From Candidatus Latescibacterota bacterium (GTDB lineage: Bacteria; Latescibacterota; UBA2968; UBA8231), in NCBI GenBank assembly GCA_965217585.1, contig OZ244561.1:96001-160000 (forward strand): a stretch of DNA of 64,000 bases. The letters run 5' to 3'. The position numbers and the translations under genes were made by a program. Of the stretch, positions 47,601 through 54,931 are shown piece by piece. Under the pieces are notes generated by a model. That model had not been told where the DNA came from, did not search any database, and worked only from the letters and a program-made list of their open reading frames with translations. How positions within the stretch are numbered: the stretch's first letter is position 1; each line of letters starts with the position of its first letter.

Positions 47601-47918
47601 CCGCAACCCCTCCGGCGGCACGGTCGAAGTCCGCGCCCCATTCGGCCACACCGCGTGCAGGACCACCGACTCACCTTCCCACTCCAACCGCCCGCCCCGG
47701 TCCATCGGCACTACCACCGCAAAGGAGTCGCGTCGCGTCGCCAACCCCAACGCCTGCAACTGCCCCTCCACATACTCTGCCGCCCGGGCACTCCCCGGAT
47801 AGCCTGCCACCCGCGATCCCAGCGCGGACAAATGCTCCACGACAGCCTGCGGCCCTGCCGAAGCCACCACCGGGCCGATGGCAAAGGCGATCAAAAAGGC
47901 GATAATCAGTGCAACCAT
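41652..47918 (-). CDS. Giant membrane protein: degenerate M28/PA domain + FtsX/MacB-like permease + DUF6785/6784-like polytopic module
   Basis: Likely start MVALII; SRVAGYPG..RAA.YV, NMRRRPLRTGLT, ERLREISIYSSVG, ERLAYP and WWPLHPLG. Confidence 0.7.
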   Translation of the reverse strand: MVALIIAFLIAFAIGPVVASAGPQAVVEHLSALGSRVAGYPGSARAAEYVEGQLQALGLATRRDSFAVVVPMDRGGRLEWEGESVVLHAVWPNGARTSTVPPEGLRASAIWGGDGDWGDFNGQEVAGRVVVLDFASGDAWLKAASLGARAVVFVAADSATTQQAQGKYVRAPLDVPRFWVEGAAGQRLRRRLVDGEVEVGLWGRMDWQERMAYNVWAVVPGKDVGTSRDEMVLIHAYYDAPSVVPARAPGAEAAVSVAALLEVAARLQANPPAYTVVLAALSAHFQGRQGMVAFLDRHARRQEYYAARLAEPLDIALFIGLDLSSHGERVVLWNNTDSYALKRFFVPFGRRFTEYAAALGRAEALANGISPIRGMDWDSYMPGGLAADGELALEAGFPSLTLATVGDARFALDLPRDTGAGVAWDHVGDQTALVADLLAHALADTALLAGRERLAEALEDRLRDLRVKARTFPRRSQVPDRPVAGVLVAVQVKKEQRKGVRDTRYFLADAAGTVGVPGLVQGTYPLAVAALDAERGTITHVVDLSDRAQKHHGKPGWDGRLANNVRWLQNEQIAVLFPGVGRPLYGLVEPRLLRALNKVKVLSAAGSEPGQYGYALGSSSIGSVGVIYGPADAAADDRVKVILDGQFLLLNSEGSQSEAEARGRGFLLTEEGFGTATLQAARDVWNLDAARLGMLKEHGIENQRLTRLHAQAAAAIAEAEAAAEQLKWDEYIAWSRKALGLETRAYPEVLATLNDVLEGVIFFLALVLPAAFFGERLLFAAADIRRQLAGFGLLLLVIWLILAQVHPAFELAEPLVVLLAFAIMAMAALVLFMLVGRFNRVMAQHQSQQMRVHAQDLSRLSASYAAFMLGISNMRRRPLRTGLTLATLTLLTFTLLSFTSFEQQIRYASFQLPHAGAYPGILIRDRGWERLTPEALDYAESHFGGSGWMGRRGWYAAEGGKGSWIAVTAAGNAVRATGLLGLTPEEAQITEVDASLVAGSFFAADDEATCILPSDMAEALGIGVGDQVAVFGRVLKVRGIADPERLGELRDLDGESLMPADFVLSGAEVLQLGAAQDVDIADDEDPHELRPFIHLKPHHVVLVPYQTLAEAGGSLRSVAVRFPAATDGQALVEDYLTRVAATLFVGSPTGEVTALSSVGLTAVKGLGALAIPALVAALIVLNAMMGAVHERLREISIYSSVGLAPLHIALLFVAEACVYAVLGTTLGYLLGQGLGRVLLALGLLQGITLNYSSLAAIGAALAVMGVVLLSTIYPARVAARQAVPDVVRRWRPDPPSGDEWLFEFPFMLGEGEIEGVCGFLANYFGAFGRATLGDFYVEDMQVTQADGYRLSFTLWLAPFDLGVSQEVVVEFVPAGERARAMEVRLRRLSGEHHYWQRLNLRLVEALRKQMLIWYALREAERVQHVESARTLAAAQVEERVAEQSVAEQPASFTWRGFAVGGLLALCIGVGAPYAVIMLQGSYMALNSSAPGAIFLFFLLVVGVNTLLRALGRGLALGRADLVLIYAMMLLASAVPTQAFVGYLIPIISGLYYYATPENNWGEVFFPHVTPWLVPQDRQAIVDLHEGLPPGESIPWAAWSETLGYWYVFFLLLSFMMLCMSSILHRQWSQHERLAYPMVQLPLKMVEEGRPGFKLAPLFKQRLLWIGFAVPFVLLSFKGLHYYFPAVPQPIQSAGLLSWIGNKLNLHWVYAWIGFFYLVNLNISFSIWFFYVFNKAQEGIFASLGIASTEKLSLYSQSQMADLTHEVMGACLIFVGYTLWMGRRHLGAVWRKAWRGDPTVDDSGEMLSYRMAVFGFLASLLFVGVWLWASGVPLAILPLFLLVCLIFYVFVTRAVATAGLATARSPMVAAFFVISAVGAPVIGAKGLTALTFTYIWQSEMRLFPMIAAANSLKLAEAVVGSKRRLFWGMALALVLSLAGATWIIFQVCYEYGGINLHPFFMTHQAGRTFTDMARPIVDPLPADMRGWLFTGIGGFIEAVLLWGHHRFYWWPLHPLGFIVSVGWLAGQVWFSVFIAWVLKLGIVKWGGMPLYERAKPLFLGLILGEATAAGLWLCIDGVLGETGHFLSYM

Positions 47919-48074
47919 AGCGTCCCAATATCGGCCCCAAGCACCCCGTCCAGCAAGCAAACCGACGCGGCTTTGCCGGCACCGGGTGGAGGACCGCTCC
48001 TGAGGCAATTACCTTTCTGTAAGTGGAACTTTAGCTATCGGCGAGACGTTTAAACGCAATTAAAGGAGGGCTTC

Positions 48075-49316
48075 ATGCTGTACCGCATCGCCGCTATCGG
48101 CTTTATTTTTGCCTGCACGGCCGTCGCTTGGATCATCTTGGCACAGGTCGTCTCCCATCGCACCCACCACCAAGATACCAAGCTCAAAGCCGCCGTGGGT
48201 CAATTGTGGGGCACCCCCCAATCCCAGCGCACCCCACTCCTGTACTGGACCACCGAGGAAACCGTCGTCACACAGACCTCCGACGGCCAAGCGACAGAGC
48301 ACTCCAAGGAGCGGCGACACCTCCTGCCCTTAGAAGCTAGCCGCCTACAAGTCGATCTACGCCTCGAACACCGCCGCAAGGGCCTGCTGTGGTACGCCAC
48401 TTACCAAGTGGCACTGGACGCCACCTATACCGCGACCAACGAGACCGACCGTCCCCTCGACCTGACCTTCGATCTAGCCCTGCCTACTTCCCAAGCTGTG
48501 TACGATGACTTCACCCTATCCATCGACACCCAACCCATCGCCCCGCTGCCGCTGGCGGAAGGGCACCTGCAGCAGCCGTTGCATTTAGCGCCGGGACAGA
48601 GCCGCCAGATTCGCCTTTCCTATCAATCGCAGGGTTTAGACGAGTGGGGGTACCGCTTCGGCGACCACGTCGAGCAAGTCTCCGACTTCGAGTTGACCAT
48701 GCACACTGATTTCGACGCCATCGACTTCCCGCGCCAAAGCCTAGCGCCCACCCACAAGGAGCGCACTGCCGATGGCTGGCGTCTCACTTGGCAGTACGAC
48801 CGACTACTCACTGGAGCCTCCCTCGCCATGGTCATGCCCGCTCGCCTCAATCCAGGTCCCTGGGTACAAGACGTGACCCAAGCCGCGCCCATATCCCTCT
48901 TTCTCTTTTTCTTTGTTCTATTTGTTTTTGCCACGGTCAAAGGCATCGACATCCATCCGATGAATTACTTCTTCATCGGCGCGGCCTTTTTCAGCTTTCA
49001 CTTGCTTTTGGCCTATCTGGCCGACCACTTGCTCATCCACTACGCCTTTTTGCTGGCTGCGGCCGTGTCTGTTTTCTTGGTCGTCTCCTACATGCGACTC
49101 GTGGTCGGCCTGCGGCTGGCCTTGGTGGAGATAGGCTTGGCCCAATTCATCTACTTGGTGCTCTTCTCCTACACCTTCTTCTTCGTCGGCTATACCGGCT
49201 TGGCCATTACCATTCTGTGCATCGCCACGCTCTTCGCCGCCATGCAGCTTACCGGCCGGATGGACTGGTCAGCCGTTTTTGCCCAACCGCCAGCTAATCC
49301 TCGGAAGTCCGACTAG
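48075..49316 (+). CDS. creD: Inner membrane CreD family protein
   Basis: RRKGLLWY, IHPMNY and LLLAYLADH; one N-terminal and several C-terminal TM helices. Confidence 0.7.
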   Translation: MLYRIAAIGFIFACTAVAWIILAQVVSHRTHHQDTKLKAAVGQLWGTPQSQRTPLLYWTTEETVVTQTSDGQATEHSKERRHLLPLEASRLQVDLRLEHRRKGLLWYATYQVALDATYTATNETDRPLDLTFDLALPTSQAVYDDFTLSIDTQPIAPLPLAEGHLQQPLHLAPGQSRQIRLSYQSQGLDEWGYRFGDHVEQVSDFELTMHTDFDAIDFPRQSLAPTHKERTADGWRLTWQYDRLLTGASLAMVMPARLNPGPWVQDVTQAAPISLFLFFFVLFVFATVKGIDIHPMNYFFIGAAFFSFHLLLAYLADHLLIHYAFLLAAAVSVFLVVSYMRLVVGLRLALVEIGLAQFIYLVLFSYTFFFVGYTGLAITILCIATLFAAMQLTGRMDWSAVFAQPPANPRKSD

Positions 49317-49320
49317 CAGC

Positions 49321-49539
49321 CTAGCCCGTCACCCGCAACCGCTCTGGTACCTCCACCGGCTCCCCACCGCGACACACCACCGGGAAGTGCGGACCAGCCT
49401 CGGCCATCGGCGCATTATCGGGCAAATCGACGAACTGCTTCATCAGGTGCTCGCCGCTTTGGTCGAAGCGCGCCGCGCCGGTCATGTAGTGAATGGCAAT
49501 GGCGCGGCGAGGCCGATGCGACTGATTGAAGGGCGAGCC
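49321..49539 (-). repeat. 219-bp copy of the phyH 3' end (left island boundary; pseudogene fragment)
   Basis: 10 mismatches versus 54005-54223. Confidence 0.95.
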
Positions 49540-49620
49540 TGAGCCCTTCGGGCAGGGGTTGGGCACCGAGGCCAGAGTTAGGGACTACTGCATATCTTAC
49601 ATCAGGGAATAAATTGTAGA

Positions 49621-52600
49621 TCATCCAAGACTGAGTTCAACGGTGATCATAGATTTGTCCTTCTGTACCGCCTTTATCGCAGTGGCTATGATATCACTTC
49701 CTGAGTCGATTTCAGGCGCTAGACGTTGAGCAAGATCCCGTGGGAGAAAGCCGACCTGCCCCATCTTATGATGCACAGCGACTGCATTCGGATCTACAGG
49801 ATTGTCATAATCTCGGTGAAGTTCAAGTTTGTCCCCTGTTCTAACACGCCGCGCAACGATCCGACGATTTTTGTAGGACACTCCAACCACCTTCCGCTGA
49901 AGAGGCAGAACTTCGTGGAGTGGTCTAATTGGCTTAAGCAATGGATTGATAGCCATTCTTCCAAGCTTGTATCTGAGGTCATCGAGCACATATCCAGTAA
50001 TGCCATGGTCATGACGTAGTGAGTCATCAGATAAGCTAGACAGCCAAGTAACAAAATCCTCGTGGGAAGAAATGTCTAAGGCTTGCTCCTCAAAGGCTTC
50101 TGCTAAGCTACGCGCAACACTTCGCGAAGTAATTCCTGCTGACATTGCCCACGAAGCCACAGGGTTAGGAAGCCCATGCTTCACCATCGACGGATAGCAT
50201 CGAATGTATTCTGAAGGTTTCTCCTCTTGGATTCCTAAAGACTCTTTGCATATCCGAAGCAGAGCGGAGATAATCCAAGGCAGCCGATATCCAAACAACT
50301 CTTCTATGTATCGAGATATACGCTCTACCGAGTCCGTGTCATCCGGTGAATGCTCAACTATCTCAGTTATAGACATTCCGTCCAACCATAAACCAAGTAA
50401 GACCTCGGGGTCACCTGCAAAATCAGTTGTGGTCTGTGCCTCGGGCAATTGAAGGCTAGCATCGAGTACTAGATGATTCAGTAATTCGAGGTCATCGTAT
50501 CCGGCATTGAAAAGCAAGTTACGTAATTTACCTACGTTTGTATCCACAAATTTCCTTAGAGATTCACAAGAGGAACTGCTTAGACCTGTCTGGGCATAAA
50601 CACGTCGCCACGATGGGGTTGGGGCTCGACTGAATATATTCATAGCAGCCTGTTGAGCGGACTTGATTAGTGGATCGATACCCATATTCTGTCTATGAGC
50701 CTGCTGCGCTGCATATGTTCCCGTTAGGCTAGCGCTCCATTTGTCAGAATCGACGAGCTCAATCCCCTCTTCTACCGCAATGGCAAGTATTTCTGGATCT
50801 AGAGTTGCCGCAGCGTTCTCTATCGACTCATTGGAAATGCGAGAGGAAACGAGTTGCTGGAGCAGTTGAAACAGTGCGCCAGAAACGGGCTCTAGATTCC
50901 CAAGGTTGCTATAGTGCCTGAAGTCCCGCATGTCCAAAGTATTCAGAGTTATGTGGATGACTAGTCCTTCCGTCTCTTGCCCAGCCCGACCAGCCCGACC
51001 AGCTATGTTCCAGTAGTCGCGAAGAGGAATTCGCGAACGTCGACCTTCTTCGTCTGCACGCCATATGCTGTGTATAATCACGGTCCTAACAGGCAGGTTG
51101 ACACCTTGTGCTAGTGTATTCGTCGCAACAATCACTTTGTAACGACCGGCACGACAATCAACTTCAATCGCCTCCCGAACGACATTAGGCAGCCGCCCGT
51201 GATGAGGGGCGACCCCTTGGGACAAGGCTTGTGTGGCGATATGTTCTTCTCCCAGCCACTCTCTCGCGAGTTCGAGAGATCTAGTCGGTACCGCACTGAC
51301 AAAGTGGGGGTGGATCGGATCCTCAATCAATTGCCTGTACTGGATAGATTTATTGAGAATTGCCCTACATACACTCTCAACCCAATTTGGTTGTGTGCAG
51401 AACACAAGTACGGGACCCCGTTCTGAAAACACGTACGCTAGCTCGGCAGCGGTATCAACTTTCTCTGACTTTGGATATTGTCGAACTCGCCTGCGTTGTG
51501 TATCAGGATTTATAAAAGAATACTCACGTCGTTGTAAGGCTCCAGGAATAAAGGCATCCAGATCTGGCATCTCTAAATTGCGTTCGAATCGAATCACACC
51601 AGTCATTCCTGACCATTCAAATCGTGCTCGTCGTTGAATTGTTGGTCGCCAATCTGACTTTATTGACCTATCGGGAGAATCCGCAAGCCACATGGCAAAG
51701 TCTTCCAGCGTCGAATCCGGGACCACGGCGGACATTACCAAGAAGCGACTCGTTGGCAACCTGTTCTTCATTCTGCTTAACAAAAGCTCGAACTTTATAC
51801 CACGGTTTTCATCATCCATTATATGGACTTCATCCAGTACTACCAGCTTGATCTGATCAGATATATCTGGCCGAAGGCGCAGAACAAGGTCCAGCTTTTC
51901 GGGTGTAAGTATCAGTAAATCGGCTGTTTGCAGAAGAAATTCCTCGAATTCATCCGACTCGTAAGAACCGATGACAGATGAAACTCGATAACCCAAGTCA
52001 TTCAATACCGATCCCATGCTCCTTTCAACTTCTGATGCCAGAGCACGATACGGAGCAACAAACACGCACTTGGCTTTGGAATGCCGCTGAAGAGTTTCAA
52101 TAATGGCCATTTCCGCGAGACGTGTCTTACCGCCGCTAGTGGGCAAACGAACAACAGCGCTGTTATTCGAATCCAAGAAGCCAGATTCAAGCACTTTTAT
52201 CTGGGACGGCCATAGTTCAGTCACTCCACTAGAGAGAGGCCTTGCAAGAAGAGTCAGGTAACGCTTCCATACTTCAGATTCTTTGGAGAGGCGTTCAAGT
52301 TGAGACCAAGTACTTCTCCGCATCATTAGTGGGAGTACTGCTTGAACTCCATACGCAATGTTGGAGTGCAATGGAGCACCGAGTCCTGTAAATATCTCAG
52401 TAGCCTCACGCAACAATTCCATCGCTTCAAGATATGCCGATTGATCGCCACTCAGGAAGTAACGACACGCCTTGTATAACCCGTCGGCAAGAACTACTTC
52501 GCCCAATTCTAAGGATAGAGTATCCAAGGGCAAACTAGGGTCAGGTGGCTCTTGGAGGAAGTGATCAGCAAGCTGTGCAGTAACAATTATTCTTCGTTGT

Positions 52601-53049
52601 ATGAACGAAGCGACAAGTGCCTGAGCATCGACCCTCGACTCAAGTTGAGGCTTGGGCAAGACTTCCTTAGCGAGGTATGATGCGTTAGCTTGATAGCCAG
52701 CAAGCTCGTATGCTAGAGCAGCATTGAGCAGGGCAGTTGGCCTTGTTACTCCCTCAGTCAGTTCAGCTAGACTTTCCCATGCGAGAGCTAGTTGGCGTGA
52801 GCGTTCCTCGTTTTCGGTAGCCTTGTCTGGATCAGCAAGGGTCGCTGCCTCAAGCGCGTACAAAGCAGCGGCTGAATTTCGGGAAAAGCGATTCGCAACA
52901 TAAGTCCAGTGCGGAGGGCGCTGAAGCTCGCCTATGGCCTGCAATGTTGCCTTCGACCGAACCTGAGCCAGTTCGCTCTGGAATCTTGGATCGGCCAACA
53001 CAGCTTGCATACGAGATTGCAAATCAATGTGAGTGTCATTGGTCATCAT
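49621..53049 (-). CDS. hamB: Ski2-like DEAD/DEAH helicase, Hachiman HamB-like, with C-terminal HIRAN domain
   Basis: LPTSGGKT, DEVH, MSA, HHGRL, TNTLAQGVNLP and AGRAGR; C-terminal VVGVSY...RDYDNPVDPNAVAV...VGFLPR. Confidence 0.8.
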   Translation of the reverse strand: MMTNDTHIDLQSRMQAVLADPRFQSELAQVRSKATLQAIGELQRPPHWTYVANRFSRNSAAALYALEAATLADPDKATENEERSRQLALAWESLAELTEGVTRPTALLNAALAYELAGYQANASYLAKEVLPKPQLESRVDAQALVASFIQRRIIVTAQLADHFLQEPPDPSLPLDTLSLELGEVVLADGLYKACRYFLSGDQSAYLEAMELLREATEIFTGLGAPLHSNIAYGVQAVLPLMMRRSTWSQLERLSKESEVWKRYLTLLARPLSSGVTELWPSQIKVLESGFLDSNNSAVVRLPTSGGKTRLAEMAIIETLQRHSKAKCVFVAPYRALASEVERSMGSVLNDLGYRVSSVIGSYESDEFEEFLLQTADLLILTPEKLDLVLRLRPDISDQIKLVVLDEVHIMDDENRGIKFELLLSRMKNRLPTSRFLVMSAVVPDSTLEDFAMWLADSPDRSIKSDWRPTIQRRARFEWSGMTGVIRFERNLEMPDLDAFIPGALQRREYSFINPDTQRRRVRQYPKSEKVDTAAELAYVFSERGPVLVFCTQPNWVESVCRAILNKSIQYRQLIEDPIHPHFVSAVPTRSLELAREWLGEEHIATQALSQGVAPHHGRLPNVVREAIEVDCRAGRYKVIVATNTLAQGVNLPVRTVIIHSIWRADEEGRRSRIPLRDYWNIAGRAGRAGQETEGLVIHITLNTLDMRDFRHYSNLGNLEPVSGALFQLLQQLVSSRISNESIENAAATLDPEILAIAVEEGIELVDSDKWSASLTGTYAAQQAHRQNMGIDPLIKSAQQAAMNIFSRAPTPSWRRVYAQTGLSSSSCESLRKFVDTNVGKLRNLLFNAGYDDLELLNHLVLDASLQLPEAQTTTDFAGDPEVLLGLWLDGMSITEIVEHSPDDTDSVERISRYIEELFGYRLPWIISALLRICKESLGIQEEKPSEYIRCYPSMVKHGLPNPVASWAMSAGITSRSVARSLAEAFEEQALDISSHEDFVTWLSSLSDDSLRHDHGITGYVLDDLRYKLGRMAINPLLKPIRPLHEVLPLQRKVVGVSYKNRRIVARRVRTGDKLELHRDYDNPVDPNAVAVHHKMGQVGFLPRDLAQRLAPEIDSGSDIIATAIKAVQKDKSMITVELSLG

Positions 53050-53812
53050 CGACTACCTCCACGTCGAGCTCCAAAAATGCCGCGTCCGTGAGTTGCCTAA
53101 GACCAGTGATTCTTGCAATGTACACATGCAGATGTTCAATATCAAGATTTTCGTCTTCAAGATTTTCGAGGACCCGCTCATCCCATATGGTATTTTCATA
53201 TAAGATCATCAAGAGAAACTCATCCAGCTCAGCATCACGATCAAATATGTAGGCTTCGATCAATTCTGTAAGTGGATCACCCGTTTCTCGCAGTTGGCGA
53301 GCCACAAAGGTCAGGATTTCAGAATCCACGTTGTCCGCATCTTCCTGTAGTTGCTTTGTTCCTTGAACAGCTACAGAAAGGTCTGCAGAAGTGCGAAATT
53401 TCGACTCGACGAACGCTACTTTGACGAGCTTACCATCAGAAAATTTAAATGCAATACAGTCGGTTCCGGGTAGGGTCTGATTCGCACTGATTTTGTACCT
53501 GAGCTTCATCACGGGGACACGATAGCCTTCCACGGTCTTGAGATATTCAACGGTTACGGCTTCCCCAAAATCGCCGCGCCTCACTGAGGGCAGCATCCCT
53601 GCACGGGACCTAAGAATTTTGTCGCGAACTTCCCCGTATCCGTATCTCTCTGCTACATTGGCGAGGTAGTCAGTGCCCCAATATGCGTCGCTCATAAGGT
53701 TGGCCAATTCAGTAGGCGATGGCACTGAGTTGGTCTCTTCAAGGTCAGTGACCTCAAATGAAAAGTCAGAATCTGCTCGTGGATTCGGCTTTAGCCAGTC
53801 AGCTATATTCAA
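53036..53812 (-). CDS. hamA: HamA/DUF1837-like PD-(D/E)xK nuclease
   Basis: RGDFGE, KLRYK, GTD and VESK motifs; overlaps the helicase start. Confidence 0.75.
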   Translation of the reverse strand: MNIADWLKPNPRADSDFSFEVTDLEETNSVPSPTELANLMSDAYWGTDYLANVAERYGYGEVRDKILRSRAGMLPSVRRGDFGEAVTVEYLKTVEGYRVPVMKLRYKISANQTLPGTDCIAFKFSDGKLVKVAFVESKFRTSADLSVAVQGTKQLQEDADNVDSEILTFVARQLRETGDPLTELIEAYIFDRDAELDEFLLMILYENTIWDERVLENLEDENLDIEHLHVYIARITGLRQLTDAAFLELDVEVVDDDQ

Positions 53813-54004
53813 GGTGCCCTTTCTATAGAGTATCGAGTAGAATCAAGGTTCCCTTCGTTTCGATTGGCGACAGAAACGCAATACTCATCGGTCTCAAGCG
53901 TAAATACAGAACATCACTAGCGGTGCTCCGTATGGTATTTTTTACGTTCCGATTCGCGGCAGGGACGGGATTTGCCTATCCGTCAACTATCCCTCGGACG
54001 CCGC

Positions 54005-54889
54005 CTAGCCCGTCACCCGCAACCGCGCCGGCACCCCCACCGGCTCCCCACCGCGACACACCACCGGGAAGTGCGGACCAGCCTCGGCCATCGGCGCTTT
54101 GTCGGGCAAATCGACGAACTGCTTCATCAGGTGCTCGCCGCTTTGGTCGAAGCGCGCCGCGCCGGTCATGTAGTGAATGGCAATGGCGCGGCGGGGCCGG
54201 GGCGACTGATTAAAGGGCGAGCCGTGCCAAGTTAGCGAGTGGTGGAAGGAGACCTCCCCGCACATCACTGGGCACGGTCGGGCCTCAACTTCGCGGATCT
54301 CGGCGTCGGCTGGCGGGGTAAAGCCCTGTAAGTCCTTGAAGTTTTCCAGCAGCGACAAATTCCCCTGCGTGCGCAAAAATGCAATCTGGTTGCCCCACTT
54401 GTGACTGCCGGGCACCATCCACATGCAGCCGTTTTCTTCGGTCGCGTCGTCCAAAGGGATCCACGCTGAGACCGGCGTCATCGGCTTGATGATCGGCCAC
54501 AAGGGCGCGTCTTGGTGCCAGTGAGTCGAGCCGCCGTAGCGGGCGGGTTTGTACTGGATTTGGTCGTGCCAGACCTGGAGGTCGTTCTGGCCGGTAAGCT
54601 GGCTGATCCCCCGGACGACAGCCGGGTGGTAAATTAGCCGCTCCCAAGCCGACGCGGCCTCCCAGATATTGACAATCTGCCACACCGGATGCTCGCTGAC
54701 GCCGCCCCCGCCGGCTAGGTCGCGGAAGGATACCGGCTGCGCCTCGCCGGGGGCAAAGCCGTCGGGGCCTTTGGTCAAAATCTCGTCGAGCGCGTCGCTC
54801 AATTCGCCGAGTTCCTCGTCGGAGAGCACGCGCCCGCCGTTGAGAAAGCCGTTGCGGTGGAATTCGTCAATCTGTGCTTGGTTGAGCAT
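54005..54889 (-). CDS. Phytanoyl-CoA dioxygenase family protein
   Basis: WHQD, NGCM..VPGSH and FHHSLTWHGS. Confidence 0.9.
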   Translation of the reverse strand: MLNQAQIDEFHRNGFLNGGRVLSDEELGELSDALDEILTKGPDGFAPGEAQPVSFRDLAGGGGVSEHPVWQIVNIWEAASAWERLIYHPAVVRGISQLTGQNDLQVWHDQIQYKPARYGGSTHWHQDAPLWPIIKPMTPVSAWIPLDDATEENGCMWMVPGSHKWGNQIAFLRTQGNLSLLENFKDLQGFTPPADAEIREVEARPCPVMCGEVSFHHSLTWHGSPFNQSPRPRRAIAIHYMTGAARFDQSGEHLMKQFVDLPDKAPMAEAGPHFPVVCRGGEPVGVPARLRVTG

Positions 54890-54931
54890 CGTCTATCCTT
54901 GCACCGACCTTCGGTCGGCGAGTAAAGCGTC

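Larger units (their letters stand above)
49540..53970. mobile_element. Lower-GC defence island carrying hamAB
   Basis: Visibly more AT-rich than flanks; bounded by direct repeats; no integrase. Confidence 0.7.
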
